Shown here one piece after another: positions 62,265-64,000 of a stretch of 64,000 bases of DNA (positions within the stretch are counted from its first letter, which is position 1; each line of letters starts with the position of its first letter). The stretch is from Callorhinchus milii (lineage: Eukaryota). The translations under genes and the position numbers were made by a program. The stretch lies in assembly GCF_018977255.1 (NCBI RefSeq), contig NW_024704742.1, positions 64,420,001 to 64,484,000 of the forward strand. The letters run 5' to 3'. A model generated the notes under the pieces. That model was not told the origin of the DNA. It ran no database searches and saw only the letters and a program-made list of their open reading frames with translations.

Positions 62265-64000
62265 GAGAACAAGATTGCAAATAATTTCATTCAAGGAAAC
62301 ATTATATTTTGCTTTGGTCAAGCGGATTATTTAATACATGTGAAAACACATCACTATGCTTAAGAGTATCCAAAGCAAACTACTTAAGAGTTCCAATGAA
62401 ATTTGTCTAGAATGGTATGCGGATTCTCTCCTGAAGATGTGCACACTGCTCACCTAATCCCAGAAAACTATAGGCATGGGTTGGCAAGAGCCAACAACTT
62501 TGTGAGTTTTCACGTGCATTTTCTTTCAAATATAATTTTTCAGAAAAGTTATCCAGTCCTCGACTGTAAAGTCCTTCAAGTGAAGAGCGCTCTATAAGTC
62601 AAGTTGTTGTTGGTCCACCACATTACTATAGTCCCAGATGAAAGTCGATTTACCAAAGATGGTTATACTGTGTATTTGTAGTCGAATGGTGAATAGTACA
62701 GATTGAACTTTAGGAATAATAGGCCAAAAGACTTCATACTGTGTTATGCATGTCTATGGTTCTATGATAAGAAGAGGTATAGGACTTGAATGAAGCATTA
62801 TAGGCTATCTACTTGTCGAGCCAAACACCAGCGCGAGTCACTACCTTGAGAAGGATAGAAAAGTTGGGTCCAAAATAAAGGCATATAAATCAACTGTCAA
62901 GCTAAAAATTATGGAAGCAAGCTCAAACATATATTATATATGGCAGTTATTTTAAAATACATTTCTAATTATATAAATCAATTAAGAAATCATGCAAAAT
63001 CAATTGTAATATCTCAATTCACATCATATCCTTAATAATATTCATTTCTAAATGAAAACTCAATCCTGCAATCTTGTAAATTTTAAATACATGATCAGGA
63101 AAACTATTTTGCAATGCTGAATGTAAAGGGCAGTTAAGGGAACATATTCAGTTTAACTTGCTTTTGCTGTCTAGCTATTGCTTCCTCATGATACAATACA
63201 AAATAATCCCTGAAGAAAAAAACCCAATAATAAATCGGTCACTTCAATCCACGACTGTTTGTGGGACATTGCTGTGTGCAATTGGCTGCCGCGTTTTGCC
63301 CACAAATATACAGTCAATTCACTTTACAGTATATTCTGTGAAGCGCTTTGGGACATCTAGAAGATGTGAAAAGCACTATATCAAATACAAGGATTATTGT
63401 GTTATAAAATACAACACAAAATTACATTTGTATAGATCCTTTCACGTCGGGAGGACGTCCTAAGGCGCTGGGACAGTAATACTCAAAGCACTGTTTGTAA
63501 ATTAGGTCATAAGTGAGGACTCTGATGTAGTACTGCTACCAATGTTACAACTTGATTTTCAGTCCCAATGGTCACAAGCGCAATAGATAAAATATTTATT
63601 TATATGCGCTGTATATGGTTCCCAGCTAATTGAATTCCCAGTGAATAGCAGCATAATAATCAGCAAACCAATCTCTGTTTTAGAGTTCTTTGTCAATCAT
63701 TAGATATTATTCTATTTTATTTATAATAGCATAAATAAAATATCCTTATTCCCAAAGTGTAATGATGATGGTGAATTGTATAAAAGGGAGTTGATTATAG
63801 AGAGGTAATTAGAACAAGAAGCTAGTAAAATTAAAATAATTTAAGTGTTAAACAATAAAGTTTGAGAAAAGATACAGTCTCTTTAGAGACTTTAATACAA
63901 AAAATGGAAAGATAGCAATACATTTGTGAAAACATCTACAACAGGTATCTACGAAGTACAGATAAATCATAAGAAAGCAAAAAAAAGTTTTTAATTCTAG
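62263..64000 (+). repeat. Segmental direct repeat, copy 2, running off the window edge
   Basis: Starts atgagaacaagattgcaaat and ends ttttaattctag, matching 50660-52397; no differences found on spot checks. Confidence 0.97.

Overview
Eukaryotic vertebrate genomic DNA. The repeat content (tRNA-headed Deu-domain SINEs with L2-type tails, CR1 and L2 LINEs) suggests a cartilaginous fish; that assignment is inference. Two spliced genes are recognisable by manual exon reconstruction, in the RGS12-HGFAC neighbourhood known from mammals. (1) On the minus strand, about 33.1 kb down to 791 and running off the left edge, is an HGF-activator (HGFAC)/factor-XII-family gene with an unusual architecture: FN2-[EGF-FN1-EGF-kringle]x2-protease. 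It has 13 frame-compatible GT-AG exons, and the two cassettes have identical exon sizes (114/132/111/175/95 nt). Its protease-domain N-terminus has lost the canonical activation site (R|IIGG is G-IISE) and the chain-linking Cys (CG is WR) but keeps the catalytic His, pointing to a two-kringle, possibly non-activatable paralog. (2) The 3' end of RGS12 is on the minus strand (GoLoco exon 53487-54167; last exon 40212-40582 ending ATFV*). Three upstream RGS12 exons lie on the opposite (+) strand at 60.8-62.3 kb. The third is cut mid-exon and fused to an apparently identical direct copy (62263-64000) of 50660-52397, so this is either a recent inversion/duplication or an assembly artefact. The rest is SINE/LINE debris, a near full-length CR1, an unclassified TIR element family and a 21-bp minisatellite. 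Most ORFs in the supplied track are repeat-derived and spurious.
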